Below are positions 23,395 to 36,629 of a DNA stretch of 64,000 nt, piece after piece. The DNA lies in the NCBI GenBank assembly GCA_951406725.2, contig OX597814.1, positions 202,554,001 through 202,618,000 on the forward strand, in the 5' to 3' direction. The notes under the pieces are model-generated. The model saw nothing but the letters and a program-made list of their open reading frames with translations, made no database searches and was not told the origin of the DNA. The position numbers were made by a program, and so were the translations under genes. How positions within the stretch are numbered: the stretch's first letter is position 1; every line of letters begins with the position of its first letter. Source of the DNA: Octopus vulgaris (taxonomy: Eukaryota).

Positions 23395-24087
23395 TCTTTC
23401 TGTTATAGGCACAAACGTTGAAATTTGAGGGGAGGTAGGGTCTAGTTGATTACATTGACCTCAGAGCTCAACTAAAACTTATTTCATTAACCCTCGAAAA
23501 GGAGGATCTGCAAAGTCGACCTCAGTGGAATTTGAACCCAGAACATGAAGATGGACAAAATGTCACTAAGCATTTTGTCTGATGTGCTAATGATTCAGCT
23601 AGCTCATTGCCATAATAATAATAATAATAATAATCCTTTATACAATAGGTACAAAGTCTGAAATTTTGTGGGGAGGGGCTAAGCTGATTACATCAACCCC
23701 AATGCTCCACTGGTGCTTATTTCATCGACCCTCAAAAGAATGAAAGGCAAAGTTGACCTAAGTGGAATTTGAACTCATGGACGAAATATTGCTAAGCATT
23801 TTTCCCTACATGCTAACAATCCTGCCCGCTTAATTGCTTAAAATTTTTGGCATGAAGCTAAATAATAATAATGATAATAATCCTTTCTACTATAAGCACA
23901 AGGCCTGAAATTTGTGGGAAGGGGACTGGTCAATTACATCGACCCCAGTGTTTCACTGGTACTTAATTTATCGACGACGAAAGGCTAAGTCAACCTCGGC
24001 AGAGTTTGAATTCAGAATATAGCGATAGGAGAAATACTGCTAAGCATTTTGCCCAGCGTCCTGACAATTCTGCGAGCTAGTCACCTT
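23395..24087 (-). mobile_element. Cluster of three head-to-tail SINE family B copies
   Basis: Copies at about 23395-23612, 23632-23840 and 23878-24087, separated by (AAT)n. Confidence 0.85.
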
Positions 24088-24092
24088 AATAA

Positions 24093-24492
24093 TCTCTCTC
24101 TATATAAAGCTGAAGTTGTCTGTGTATGGCAGGTTTGGTAGCCTTCAACTAACACTATCTCCTCCGAGACCCTGTGGCACAAGTTGACCAAAATTGAGAG
24201 TATGATAGAAGAAGGCTTGCTCTTCCTTCTGTAGAAGAAAAAATTCAAATCGGACCATGTTAACACCAAAAATTATTTACATCAAAAAGGTGCTTTTTTT
24301 TTCTATGAAAATCCCTATTTTTTACGATTTTTTTACTGCTGTGTCACCATTTTTCGGTGTATTTCAACCAGAAAAATGTTCACTTAAAGAGAATAACAAG
24401 TTATATAATGCAAAACTTTTACTTTTCAAAAATTCCAATTCTAAAGGGCCGAAAAGAAAACAAGCCCGAGCAACACTGGGCTATACTGCTAG
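24093..24492 (+). mobile_element. Non-autonomous Helitron
   Basis: A|TCTCTCTCTATATAAAG start; gcccgagcaacactgggc hairpin then tatactgCTAG|T; homologous to 38272-38637. Confidence 0.85.
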
Positions 24493-24824
24493 TAATCATA
24501 ATAATAATAGTAATTAATAATAATAATAATCATCATCATCATCATCATCACTACTAAGGTCCATCATCATTGTCATTTTCACGAAGACCCTCCACCACAA
24601 CCACCACCATCAGCATTTTAACTTTTTTTTACATCTCTCTGAGTCGGTTAGATGTGTATTGCTTTTAGTCACATTTCTTGACATTGTAAAATCATGATTG
24701 ATTTTTGGTGAGAGAGAGTGTTTCCTGTCATTGACTGCTGAAACATAACTATTTGACACTAGACTGACATTTGTCCATTTTCCTTAAATATCTGGTCTAT
24801 ACATCAGATTACAATAGGCACAGG

Positions 24825-25212
24825 CCTGGTTATTCGCTTAAGAAATCAGTTTTCCAACTGTGTGGTTTTGGGGTTCAGTCCCTCTGTGTGGTGTCTTTGA
24901 CAAGTGTCTCCTGCTATAGCGCCAGGCTGACTGAAGCCTTGTGAATGAATTCGGTAGATGGAAACTGAAAGAAGCCCATTGTATATGTATACATGCGTGT
25001 GAGTGTTTGTGTGATTCTTGTAAATGACACAAGCTGTGTCATTCATTTCTAATATTCTAGGAAAATATGTCTACAGAGGAAATAGAGGTCACTTGGAAAC
25101 AAGTGAGGGGGTTGGCAACAGGAAGAGTATCCAGCCGTAGAAAATCTGCCTGAATTGATTTTGTCCAACCCATGCAAGTATGGAAAAGTGGATGGTAAAA
25201 TGACGGTGATGG
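24825..25212 (+). mobile_element. Chimeric SINE: family A head with family C-type 3' tail
   Basis: A-type head to gaaactgaaagaagccc, then ggaaacaagtgagggggttggcaacaggaagagtatccagccgtagaaa...aacccatgcaagtatggaaaagtgga. Confidence 0.7.
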
Positions 25213-25335
25213 CACATATCAACTTATGTCTTCTCAATTTATTTGAACCCTTTCTTGGAAGTTAATGTCGCCCATCAAGGCCAGTCTGTCTAACATTTGT
25301 AACTCTGAAAAATATTCCACATTGATACTTTGTCA

Positions 25336-26584
25336 TCTATATCTATAAAGCTCAAAATGTCTGTGAAATTTGTTTTATTAAATGGCAAATTTACCCAGGC
25401 AGGTCACTGCTGCATTACCGATGCCTAGAGATACCCCCACTTTGTACAAAAAATGAAAAAGTTGTACACTAGAAAAGTTTTTACAGGAACGTCTGATTTT
25501 TATAATTTTGGTGTCAAAAGGACCATCATGTTACCACATTTCAGACAAATATTTTGGCACTGCCTTGGGGACTCTGATCCCCAAGAAAATTGCGAAAACC
25601 TTGAAAAAAAATCGATTTCTCGGTTTTGCAAAGTTACATGGTAGAAAACTTTTTACTGGAAAGTCCAATTTCCTTGGTTTTTACAGCTAAAAAACCATGA
25701 TATAATGGTGGTTTTATCAATTATCTGTTTTATGTCCAAAGCCATTCCTGTGCGACAAAAAAAAAACATGAAAAAAATCGATATCATACACTTTTTTTTC
25801 CTTTAAATCTTCAAAAACTTCTTACTGCTTCGGTGAATTGTGTTCAAACTTTACACACTATTTACTCATCCCAAGGATAACTTTAGGAGACTAAGTTTTG
25901 CACAGAATTCATCCACGTATGACCAACAATTGCAAAACTGAGTAGAAAACTGAATTTTTGCTCTTAAATCCCTCATTTTTTACCAAATTTGTCCAAATCT
26001 CACATGAACAATACAGATGACTCAACAATGGTTTAAAACTATTTTTGGTTAATATTCTTTATTTAACTTGTGAGGGATCTACAAAATACTGTGAATCATC
26101 ACCTTTTTGTATTTCTGAAGAGTTACACCCAAGAAAGTTGTTTCAAGGAATGCCCGTTTTTTTTTTTTTTTGTGCTTTATGTTGCAAAAGAATCGCTATG
26201 TTGCATCATTTCTGGAAATTATTTCTTCTTTGCCCCTGTACATCCAGGTTCTGCAGAAAACTGCGAAACTTGGATACACCTCCCCCTCCAACAGCTTCAC
26301 CTTTTTGCAGAGGGCTATGTCTAGGTCAACTGTCCACTCTCACTCCTTTGCGTGCAAAAATTACTAATGGTACTTAGTTCGTACCATTTACACTAATCCC
26401 CCCATAATTAGACAAAATCCCCTCGATACCAATCTAATAGGATAAAATGCCAGTGAGGGCAAGACATTGTGTGATTTGTAAACATTTCCCTCCACCACCA
26501 TCACCTGAACTTCAAGCACTTCCACTGGCGTTTGGTTGTTCAACTAATAAATGCCACTTGGGGAAAAAATCTCTTCTTCAATGT
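25336..26584 (+). mobile_element. Long non-autonomous Helitron, 3'-truncated
   Basis: A|TCTATATCTATAAAG start; colinear over about 1.2 kb with the reverse complement of 62620-63963; lacks the hairpin-CTAG end. Confidence 0.85.
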
Positions 26585-27432
26585 GTATAAGACACTTGCC
26601 GAAAGTACCATGTAGTGGGATTGAACCTGAGACCACACGGTCAGGAAACAAGCTTTTTAACTTCACAACTACTCCTGGTTAATAAAACAAACTACCAGGT
26701 AAGTTCTGAGTCACTGCAATCAGCAAATTGCCTTTCCTCAAAATTGACGGTCTTGTGCCTATGTAGGAAACCATCATTAGATAACGTTTGAATGAATGAT
26801 TTATATTTAAGAAAAATAATTTCTCCTATATTTCTGCTATGATGTCAAATTATACTTGACTTTCCTTCAGACCATATTACATATTGCCTGACAATAAAAT
26901 CTTCTTCAAAGATATTTCAATGTAACATAAATGGTACTTATTTGCTAGGAAAATTGAGATTTGTCAGTGGAAATTACCATAAGATATCTTGGAAAAGTTA
27001 AAAGAATAAACATGATATCGAAAAGTATATTTCTTAATCTTGTAAAAGAATTACTAGATTCTTATTTTATTTCCTTTCAATCAGCCATTTATATTAGCCA
27101 AATGCAACTTGATTGCTTTGATGGAAGAACTAAATTAAATGTTTTATAGCATTTCAGTATTATTCATCTGATTTCGTAGTATATAGGGAGACTGTTGTGA
27201 ATATAAAGAAATAATAATGGAATCTGGTATAGGCATGTCTTTGTGGTGAAGAACTCACTTTGTAACTATGCACTTTGAGGTTCAGTTCTACTGTATGGTG
27301 CCTTTAGCAAATATCTTCTATAGCTCTGGTGAGTGAATTTGGTACCTGAGAAGAAAACTGTTGCGTATGCATGTATGTACATGTGTGTGCATGTGTGTGC
27401 TTGTGCACGAGTGTGTTGTGTATGTGAATATG

Positions 27433-27990
27433 ATCATCATCATCGTCGTTGTTTAACATCCGTTTTCCATGCTGGCATGGGTTGGATGGTTCAACTGGGG
27501 TCTGGGAAGCCCAGAGGCTGCACCAGGCTCCAGTCTGATCTGGCAGTGTTTCTTCAGCTGGATACCCTTCCTAATGCCAACCACTCCGAGAATGTAGTGG
27601 GTGCTTTTTTACGTGCCACAGGCACAGAGGCCAGAGGGGGCTGGTTTTTACCACAATCGGATGGTGCTTTTTATGTGCCACCAGCATGGAAGCCAGTCAA
27701 GACAGTGCTAGCATTGACCATGTTCAGGTGGTACTTTTTACGTGCCACCGGATAACAACTACAATTTCCATTTGAATGTGATTTAATTTGATTTTGATGT
27801 ACTTGACTCAATAGGTCTCCTCAAGCATAGCATGTCGCCCTACGATCCAAGAGTACTTTTGAGTTGGCTGGTTATTCAACACTGGTGTAGGTTACAGCTG
27901 TGGACTCACTTTATTTGCTGGGTCTTCTCAATCACAGTATATCTCCACAGGTCTCGGTCTTTTGTCATTGTCTCTGTGAAGCCCAGTGAA
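27433..27990 (-). mobile_element. Family C retroposon, long copy
   Basis: (CAT)n tail, core and upstream extension shared with 48888-49535. Confidence 0.85.
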
Positions 27991-28294
27991 TGTTGGTAAT
28001 ATGATGCTTACATTGCTCTGCACTTTTGAGTACCTGTAGAATATAAAGAATCCTCTACTTGGAAAATGGGTAAAGATTGGCAGCAAGATGAGCAGCTAAC
28101 TGGAAAATTCTGCCTCCCCCAAAAAAGTCCCCATTTGCCCTTTCCAGTTTTAGAATAACTACATAATAATTACGTGTGTCTAAAGAGGTGAAGGGTTAGT
28201 GACAGTAAGAGCATCCAACCTTAAAGCATTTGTATAACTTGTACCTGAAGAGAAATGAAACCTAAACATCATCTCAAAGGTGAAAATGGTAAAA

Positions 28295-28511
28295 TAATCC
28301 TTTCTACTAAAGGCACATGGCCTGAAATTTGCGGGTGAGGGCCAGTTAATTGGATTGACACCAGTACACAACTGGTACTTAATTTATCGACCCCCAAAAA
28401 GGTGAAAGGCAAAGTCGACCTCAGTGGAATTTGAACCCAGAACAAAGCAGGAGACGAAATACCGCTAAGCATTTCGCCCAGCATTCTAATGATTCTGCCA
28501 CTTGCTGCCCT
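28295..28511 (-). mobile_element. SINE family B with target-site duplication
   Basis: Flanked by tgaaaatggtaaaataat on both sides (from about 28281 and 28511). Confidence 0.9.
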
Positions 28512-28599
28512 GAAAATGGTAAAATAATTCCTATGTTTACTTATGCATAATGTAAGAAATTTAATACAAAGTATTTGGATCAGAATTGATGGAGGATAA

Positions 28600-28873
28600 G
28601 TATAAAATTATATTCGAAGGATCTCTGGAGTAATATTGCTTGACAGATTCTTGAAACTGAGCCAACTGGCTGGGGACCTATGGGTAAACCAAGATTCGAT
28701 GGTCAGATAATATCCTTAGTCTCAACTGAGGCTAAGAATATTATCTGACCATTGATAATACACTTGGGAATCCAGCAGGAAAGTGTAATGGCAGTTGCTT
28801 TCGATGGGATTCTGCCAACTCTACTCCCATGATTCTCATATGAATAGTGGGCAGAGAAACTGGATGGATGGAT
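28600..28873 (+). mobile_element. RTE-clade (Rex3/Expander-like) LINE 3' end fragment
   Basis: Decayed peptide QILETEPTGWGPMGKPR / RWSDNILSL / HLGIQQESVMAVA and a terminal (GGAT)n tail typical of this clade. Confidence 0.65.
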
Positions 28874-29744
28874 GTTAAAGGAATTGAGAGAACTAAAATA
28901 TATTACTGATTTTTGGTTGAAAAAAGAAGTTGGGTGGATTCGTAGTGTAGTTGAGATTTGCATTGATAAATTAAGCAGGTGGAAGCTTGATCTCTCACCT
29001 CTAACATTTATTTTTATTATTGTATATTTGGGGAGTTTTAGCTACGTTTCTTTTTTTTTTTATGGTTTATGTAATTACTTTAAGAAAAGAAAATCAAGAA
29101 TATTTAATGGTAACATTTAACTTATTTCATTAATTAAAAAAAAAGAACAACCTAAAATCTCCTTTGCAATTTTTAATTGAAAATTCATTAGCGGAAAATT
29201 CAAATAAGATTTCAAACACCAATTTATATTTATAATTATTTAATTATTTCAATGGCATTCTATATTGTAGATTTGAAATCATTTTATTAAGGTTATGATT
29301 ATTAAATACTTAAGCTGTTTTTTCTTTCTTTTTGCTTTTTAACTTGAAATATGTTATAAATTTATTTATAACTTATTAATCAAAATTTTATTTTAAACTT
29401 AAATAAGAAACTCATTTAAAGTTGATATTTTGGTCAAAGACTTTTTTTTCTGTTCCCACTTTTGTTACTAAATTTTGAAGATATTTGTGTTTCAGTACAA
29501 TTTAACTGTTACCATATTTCTGTTGAAATACATTGCTTTCATTTCAATTAATTTTTGAAATTAATGACCAATTCAATAAAATAACATACCTCAGCTTCTC
29601 ATAGCATGGCATAAAACCACCTCCCTCGATACTACACCCCGTCTGTTGAGGGTCTTGTCTTGGTAGCCTCACTATTGCCAGTGCCACATAAAAAGTTCTA
29701 CGAAGTGAGAAGCATAAGGAAAAGCATGCAGCCATAGCAACCAT

Positions 29745-30148
29745 ACGCAGGAGTGGCTGTGTGGTAAGTAGCTTGCTAACCAACCACATGGTTCCGGGTT
29801 CAGTCCCACTGCGTGGCATCTTGGGCAAGTGTCTTCTACTATAGCCCAGGGCCGACCAATGCCTTGTGAGTGGATTTGGTAGACAGAAACTGAAAGAAGC
29901 CTGTCGTATATATGTATATATATATATAAGTATGTGTGTTTGTATGTCTGTGTTTGTCCCCCTAGCATTGCTTGACAACCAATGCTGCTGTGTTTACGTC
30001 CCCGTAACTTAGCGGTTCAGCAAAAGAGACCGATAGAATAAGTACTGGGCTTAAAAAGAATAAGTCCCGGGATCGATTTGCTCGACTAAAGGCGGTGCTC
30101 CAGCATGGCCACAGTCAAATGACTGAAACAAGTAAAAGAGTAAAAGAG
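29745..30148 (+). mobile_element. SINE family A, full length, young
   Basis: Close to consensus, CpGs retained. Confidence 0.9.
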
Positions 30149-30975
30149 TATACTGAAGCAGACATTGGAGCTTGGTGCAGTTTTCTGTCTTGCCAGCTCT
30201 TCTCAAACCACCCAAGCCTGGCAACACAGAAAACAGACATTATTATTATTATTATTATTATTAATGGTGGTGGTGGCAGCAGTGGCAAATTTTGTCATTG
30301 TTAAGATGGTATTTAAAACAAAAATTAACATGTAATTTTGATAGAAAGTTATTTAATTCACTAAAACAAGAATTTGTATTATAGAAGCAGGCATTGTCTC
30401 AGATAGGTTGGTAACAAAAGGGTTAAGTGCAGTTAAATCCATAGTTTTCATATGTTTATTGACACGGTCTCTTATATAGATGTTACATTACATTCATGCT
30501 CACAGGCATAGCTGTGTGGTTAAGAGGTTTGCTTTGGAACTACGTTGTCTGCAGTTCAATCCCACTACGTGATATCTTGGGCAACGGTCTCTGACCGTTT
30601 CCCCAGACTGATTTATGCTTTGTAAGTCAATTATATAGGCAGAAACTTTAGTAAACTTATGTGTGTATGAATGTTGATATTTTGCTTGTCATTGTTTGAG
30701 TGATGTAGTACCAACCATGCCATTCCTTGTTGACATTATGATTGATCACCGTGCGCTTTCACAGACCTGTGGCTTATAAAAATCCCCTCCCTGAAAAACA
30801 GTTGATAGATGATGAGATGTGCATCTGGCTGTAAAATCCTATCTCCTAATTGAATTTAATCTTGGCCATACCAACATGGATAAAAGCAGACGTAAAACTG
30901 TCATTAAACGAATGGACAAATGTATTCTCATACACTCTCTTCTCTTTCTAGTCTTTGTTTTTTTTTTATTCTTAA

Positions 30976-31178
30976 CCCTTTAACATTCATTCAGATTACT
31001 CTGTCAAATGCAAAGCTTATTTATTCACATTGTCTCGGATTAATCATACATTATCTTATGGTTACAAGATTTCAACAATGTGACCGTTTATCTTTAGAAT
31101 GACAATGTAGAGAAGGTGTGAGAGGCCAGATCAGGTAAAATATTTCGGTTGGATATGGCTGGTTTAAATGCTAAAGGG
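30976..31178. mobile_element. piggyBac-type MITE, copy 2
   Basis: TTAA|CCCTTTA ... CTAAAGGG|TTGA; homologous to 3020-3221. Confidence 0.8.
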
Positions 31179-31186
31179 TTGAACAT

Positions 31187-31227
<41 letters not shown>

Positions 31228-31343
31228 CATGCACACACACGAGTGGATGCATGCTGAAAATTGTCATTGATTTTGTATCAATTAACAAATGAACAAACAT
31301 TTTCTCACATTTTAACTTACATTTACCTTTACACACACATAGG

Positions 31344-32483
31344 CACAAGGTGCATTCCAGAAGTTTTCAGACTTCAGGAGAGACATTAATTTCTAAGAAG
31401 TACAAAACTCTGCTCTCCAACAAAGTACGATCTTCTGACTTCAATGTACTCTTGTAGTGCTCCAGTCACATCATGAAGGCCTCATGGAAGTCCCCCAAAG
31501 TAGTGGTGCCCAAGACCCTTGTCACAGCTTCCTTCATCTTCACAGTGCCTTCTGAATGTGGCCAATGCCAGTGCTGCCTGACTGGCTCCTGTGCCGGCGG
31601 CACATAAAAAGTACCCACTACACTCTTGGTGTGGTTGGTGTTAGAAAGGGCATCCAACTGTAGAAACATTGCCAGACCAGATTGTAGCCTGATGCAGCTA
31701 CTGGCACTCCAGACCTCAATCAAACTGTCCAACCCATGCCAGCATGGAAAATGGACGTTAAACGATGATGATGATCTAGCTTTCGTCACACATCAGCAGA
31801 AATGCAACTAGTTTTGCATTGGAGGCATTGAGCTCAATCATCTTCCTGCTGTCACCAACTCATCTTTCCTTATGGTTTGTCACTAAGGATGTCCTTATAT
31901 TTGTCCTTAAATTTGTCTTTTTGTATGTCACCCTGGGAACAAACTTTGCACAAATTTTATGGATGTTCAGATCTTTATGAATAATTCTGTGTACAGTTGT
32001 TATACCAACTTCAAACCCTATGCTTATTGTCTTATGGACACATGACAGTCTACATCCAGAAAATTGCCAATTTTCTTGACCAGCTACGATATTCTGATGT
32101 CCCTCTCTCACCTCATCGTCCCTCATTTCCTCTCTACTGTCCATGAACCTCTTGTGTCGGTAAAAAACAGATGTTTAACTCTTACAAGTTAATCCATAAG
32201 TTTCTGTTGTGTTTGTGGCCTGTTTAAGACAAAGTTTTATTGCATAGCAATCTACCAAATTGCCTTCACACTCTGACTTCATTCTGCAAACTAATAAACT
32301 GTGACAAGTAGTGTTTAGTAGAGTGTGTTCAAAGTGGTGTTACAGCTGTCTTCATCTGGAATAAAATGTTGGCAGGTCACCTTATTAAATGAACAATAAT
32401 GACATACTAAAATTTTAGTAATCTAGGACATTGGTAATTGCGTTTCCTAGAAAGAGTCTCAGACCTTCTGGAATGACCTCATA
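31344..32483 (-). mobile_element. Decayed, internally deleted mariner transposon with nested family C insertion (about 31546-31775)
   Basis: Imperfect TIRs aaggtgcattccagaag / cttctggaatgacctc. Peptides GITTVHRIIHKDLNIHKICAKFVPRV (WVPR-like linker) and KMKEAVTRVLGTTTLGDFHEAF (mariner C-terminus). Confidence 0.8.
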
Positions 32484-32519
32484 TGGTCACACATTCTCGC
32501 TTATTCACACTTACTCTTT

Positions 32520-33020
32520 TATCCTTAAACATACACACAGACACTCACATGGATACGCACTCTGAGACACATTGACACAGACTGGCACACTAAACACATA
32601 CTCACACACACATGCACACACACTTATACTCAATCACACATATTCACACTCATACATCTGCACTCACTCATTCATTCTCTCTCTCTCACACATACACACA
32701 CTCATGGACACACAGATGAACACATGGACACACACTCTGAGACTCATTGACACAAACTGACACATACTAAACATATACTGACACACATACACACACACTT
32801 ACACATCTGCACTCTCTAACTCACACACACAGAGACTCACACAGACACACTCATATGGGCACACGGACACTCACTGAGACACATTGATACAGACTGACAT
32901 ACTAAACACATACACACACGCACACTTATACTCACTCACACACTCATACATTTAAACTCACACTCACACATCTGCACTCACTCACCCTCTCCTTCTCTCT
33001 CATACACACACACACATTGC
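32520..33020. repeat. Complex CA-rich minisatellite
   Basis: Three copies of ctgaga-cattgacaca-actg-cac...ctaaaca embedded in (CA)n. Confidence 0.85.
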
Positions 33021-33609
33021 TCACTGAATCTTAGAAAACAGGTATTGATTTCATAATATCATTTCACTACACTTATTCATTGCTTAACAAAACTTCTGTT
33101 AAACAGCATTATTAAATACTCCGGTGAAATTATTAAAAGAATAACTCTTTTTTCACAACTGTGTGTCAATAAATTAAGTACCAGTTACATACTGGGATCA
33201 ATCTAATTGACTGGCCCCCTCCCCCAAAATTTCAGGCCTTATGCCTAAAGTAGAAAAGAATCAGGCACAAGTGTGTGTGTGTGTATGTGTGTGCACGCAT
33301 GTCTGTGTTTGTCTCCTACCACTCCTTGACAACCGGTGTTGGTGTGTTTACATCCCTGTAACTTAGTGGTTCAGCAAAAGAGACCAACAGAATAAATATT
33401 TTCACAACTTCTTATTCTGTCATCAATGCAGAAGATGAATGAAGCAGTAGAAACAATCTATTAAACTAATTATTAATTAAGAAACTGGAGTTACTAAATG
33501 AACACCAATGAAATTAACATCATTGGAAATGCAGTTTGATTTTTGAGCACCATATTGTACTGCTGTCACACCCACAATAGTGCTGCTGTTATTCTGCTCA
33601 CAGGCATCT

Positions 33610-33920
33610 TGGACTATGTCCAGAAAAAGGCCACTTAACTAATTGGAATTCACTCACTCACTGACATGCTTCAGCCTCTGGTTCACATAAATTCTAGCTC
33701 CTCTTTCCATCTTTTCCACACTATTGTTACTGCAGTGGCATCTGTTCCTCAGAGCAGGCTGGTCTCATGCACCCACCACTTTTCACTCTTTGCGCATCCA
33801 ACCCTTTCAGCCTTGCTCTAACCTTTACGTCCAGTCCTTTCTCCCCAGTGCATTGACCCACCGGAATCTTCTTGCTCATGTCTTTCTTGCTGTTGTTCAT
33901 TTGCAACAGCTTAATTAAAA
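33610..33920 (-). mobile_element. Very old repeat, probably an RTE-like LINE 3' end
   Basis: Shares ccaga-aaaggccactt...cagcctctgg with 37290-37600; the decayed end resembles RTE C-termini only weakly. Confidence 0.4.
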
Positions 33921-34075
33921 CATTAACGGAATCAACTTCACTGAACTTTAAAGGCCTGCAAAGGTCAAAGGTCATGGCCACTGCCCCTTCCAGCAAACTT
34001 AAGAAAAAAATCTCCAAAATTTCTATGTAACCAGTCAATGGTTCGCTACAGCATAAGATTATTGTCTATCTAAAT

Positions 34076-34270
34076 CAGTGGTCCTGAAGCTTTTTAATAT
34101 CCAGACCAGATCTAAAACCTGGATGTTTTCAGCGGGGCCACACCAAAAACAGTAAGACACAAGTGAGTTAAAGAAAAATTTATATTTATACAGGAAAAAC
34201 CATTGGTGGGCTGCTGGAGGGATGCTTGAGGGCCACATGCTGCCCTGGGAGCCATGGTTAAGAACTGAGG
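34076..34270. mobile_element. Decayed hAT (Charlie-type) MITE
   Basis: CAGTGGTCCTGAA start, gggccaca internal motifs, flanks atctaaat / atttagat resembling an 8-bp NTCTAGAN-type TSD; right TIR degenerate. Confidence 0.5.
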
Positions 34271-34679
34271 ATTTAGATAGATGACGCTTTATAAATTATA
34301 ATAAAAATAAGTCTTGATCTGATCAACTGAAATGAAGCATAATTTCAGTTGTATTGATTTTTAAAAATTTGTTTGTCATAATGTTTAGACTTTGGTAAAA
34401 AAACATCACAAACTCAAAATGGCTTCTTATTTCTTTCATATTTTTTGTTATGCTATATTTTTTTTTATGTTATACTTCTTTATTATGCTATATTTATCAT
34501 GTATAAAAGGTTATATTTTGTTTGTATCGATATATAATATTTTTACTGCCTCTGTCACAATTCTAGTCTTTCTTTGCTTTTTAGAACATCATACACTTTT
34601 GATTAATTTATGCCAAATATTGACAAACTTTCTTTAATATCAGATCTAAAATGTTAAGGCTAAAATTGCTGATTGATTT

Positions 34680-34940
34680 CTAATCTAAGTATAAGGCCCG
34701 AAATATTTGGGGAGGTGGGGCCAGTTGATGAGATCGACCCCAGTATGCAACTGGTACTTAATTTATCGACACCAAAAGGATGAAAGGCAAAGTCAACCTT
34801 GACGGAATTTGAACTCAGAATGTAAAGACAGATGAAATACTGCTAAGCATTTCGCTTGGTGTGCAAACGTTCTTGCCAGCCTGCCGCCTTGGAGTTACAA
34901 AAATATTCTTTTCTATTCTAGGCACAAGGCCTGAAATTTT
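34680..34940 (-). mobile_element. SINE family B plus an extra tail fragment
   Basis: Family B body 34680-34890; tail fragment ttctattctaggcacaaggcctgaaatt at about 34905-34940. Confidence 0.8.
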
Positions 34941-35927
34941 TATTCTTCTTTTCTGTCATAGCCCCTGTTTTGTGCTCATATGACTTTTCTGTTACTTTAA
35001 ATCCACACACTAGGCTAACGTCCCAATACACACAGTCGTACTTGTGTTTATACTCTTTTTGTGTTAGTTTACTGTATTCACTCAACAGATTATTGTTGTT
35101 GCTATTATTATTATTATTTTATCATTATTATTATTATTATTATTACTACTGTTATTCCTATTAAATTAAATTAAAATTACACTTGTGTTTTCACCAGCAA
35201 AAATGTGATTCATTAATCAAAGTCTGAACAGAGATTAGTTTCTGCCGATACAATTACAATATTAGTTTTTGTTTCGTTTTTCCCTTTAACTATTGTCGAA
35301 GCTATTTTGTTATGATGGTATGAATTGGAAATTAACTTCTGTAAAAGCTAAATCGATTTTTAAAAACAAATGAAGATAAACTACTCATGTTGAGAAATAT
35401 ATAAGTAGTATTATGTTTTAGTGGCCAAAGTTAAAATACATAATATATATTTGTGACTACTTTAGCTATGTAACATTACTCTTTTAAAAATCAGTGTCTA
35501 CAAATCTATTAACATTATTTGTATTTTTTTTGTTTTCTCATTTGTACATATTTTTTTGTTTTACTTTCAAGAAAATGAAATTTTAAGATATTTTTAAAAA
35601 CAACACACATGCACACGTGTAATTTACTTTTTAATTCACACTTTGTATAAATTTATCTTCTTATAAAGACTTTCATTGTTTTAGTAAGGAAAAATTGAAT
35701 TTGAAAGATTTTGCGAAATGGAATGATGTTTCCATTAATTATGAAGAGAAATAAAAATAAACTATGATGTGGTTACGACAAAATTTAATAAGACTGGTGA
35801 CAGTTTGACTATGGTGTTGTTGTTGTTGTTATTATTATATGACGAGAGATAGGACACTTAGAGCAGCGAAGAATGGTATAATCTACTATAAAATAGTCTC
35901 GTTATCATATTCAGTAGTCATATATAT

Positions 35928-36150
35928 TTCTTTACTACCCACAAGGGGCTAAACATAGAGGGGACAAACAAGGACAGACAAAGGGATTAAGTTGATTACA
36001 TCGACCCCAGTGCGTAACAGGTACTTAATTTATCGACCCCGAAAGGATGAAAGGCAAAGTCGACCTCGGCGGAATTTGAACTCGGAACGTAACAACAGAC
36101 GAAATACTGCTATGAATTTCGCCCGGCGTGCTAACGTTTCTACCAGCTCG
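35928..36150 (-). mobile_element. SINE family B, alternative tail type
   Basis: Same head and core as other B copies, but plus strand reads tttctttactacccacaaggggctaaacatagaggggacaaacaaggacagac at the tail. Confidence 0.9.
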
Positions 36151-36629
36151 TAGAGTCATATAGCATTGTGATACACTGCTGGCATGGGTTGAACAGTTTG
36201 ACTGAGGGCTGGCAAGCCAGAAGGCTGCACCAAATTGAAGCCTGGTGCAGCCTACTGGCTTTCCAGTCTTCAGTCAAACTGTCCAACCCATGCCAGCATT
36301 GAAAGCGGACATTAAACGATGACAATGATGATGATGTGACACATGCTTAACAAGTCATACTTAAAAACCTGGTCTTTCTATTAAAATAGTTTAAGCTTGC
36401 CAACTGGCATTTGTCAAAAGGCCAAGTGCTATTATTTGTTTTAGTGCTTTATATTCTGAGTACAATCGCACCAAGGTCACTTTTGCATTTTGTCTCTTCA
36501 TGGTTGATAAAATAAAGTACCTGTCAAATACTAGGATTAATGTAATCAACTGACTCCTTCCCCTTGCAGTTACTGGCTTTGTGCCGAGATTTATCTTTAT
36601 CATCATCATCATCATCATCATTTTTAAGA

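Noticed and set aside
25453-26377. Overlapping ORFs mirrored at 62831-63807
   Set aside because: Lie within a non-autonomous Helitron; open in several frames with no RepHel motifs.
33727-34038. 103-aa ORF
   Set aside because: Overlaps an old repeat also present at 37290-37600, where the frame is not kept.
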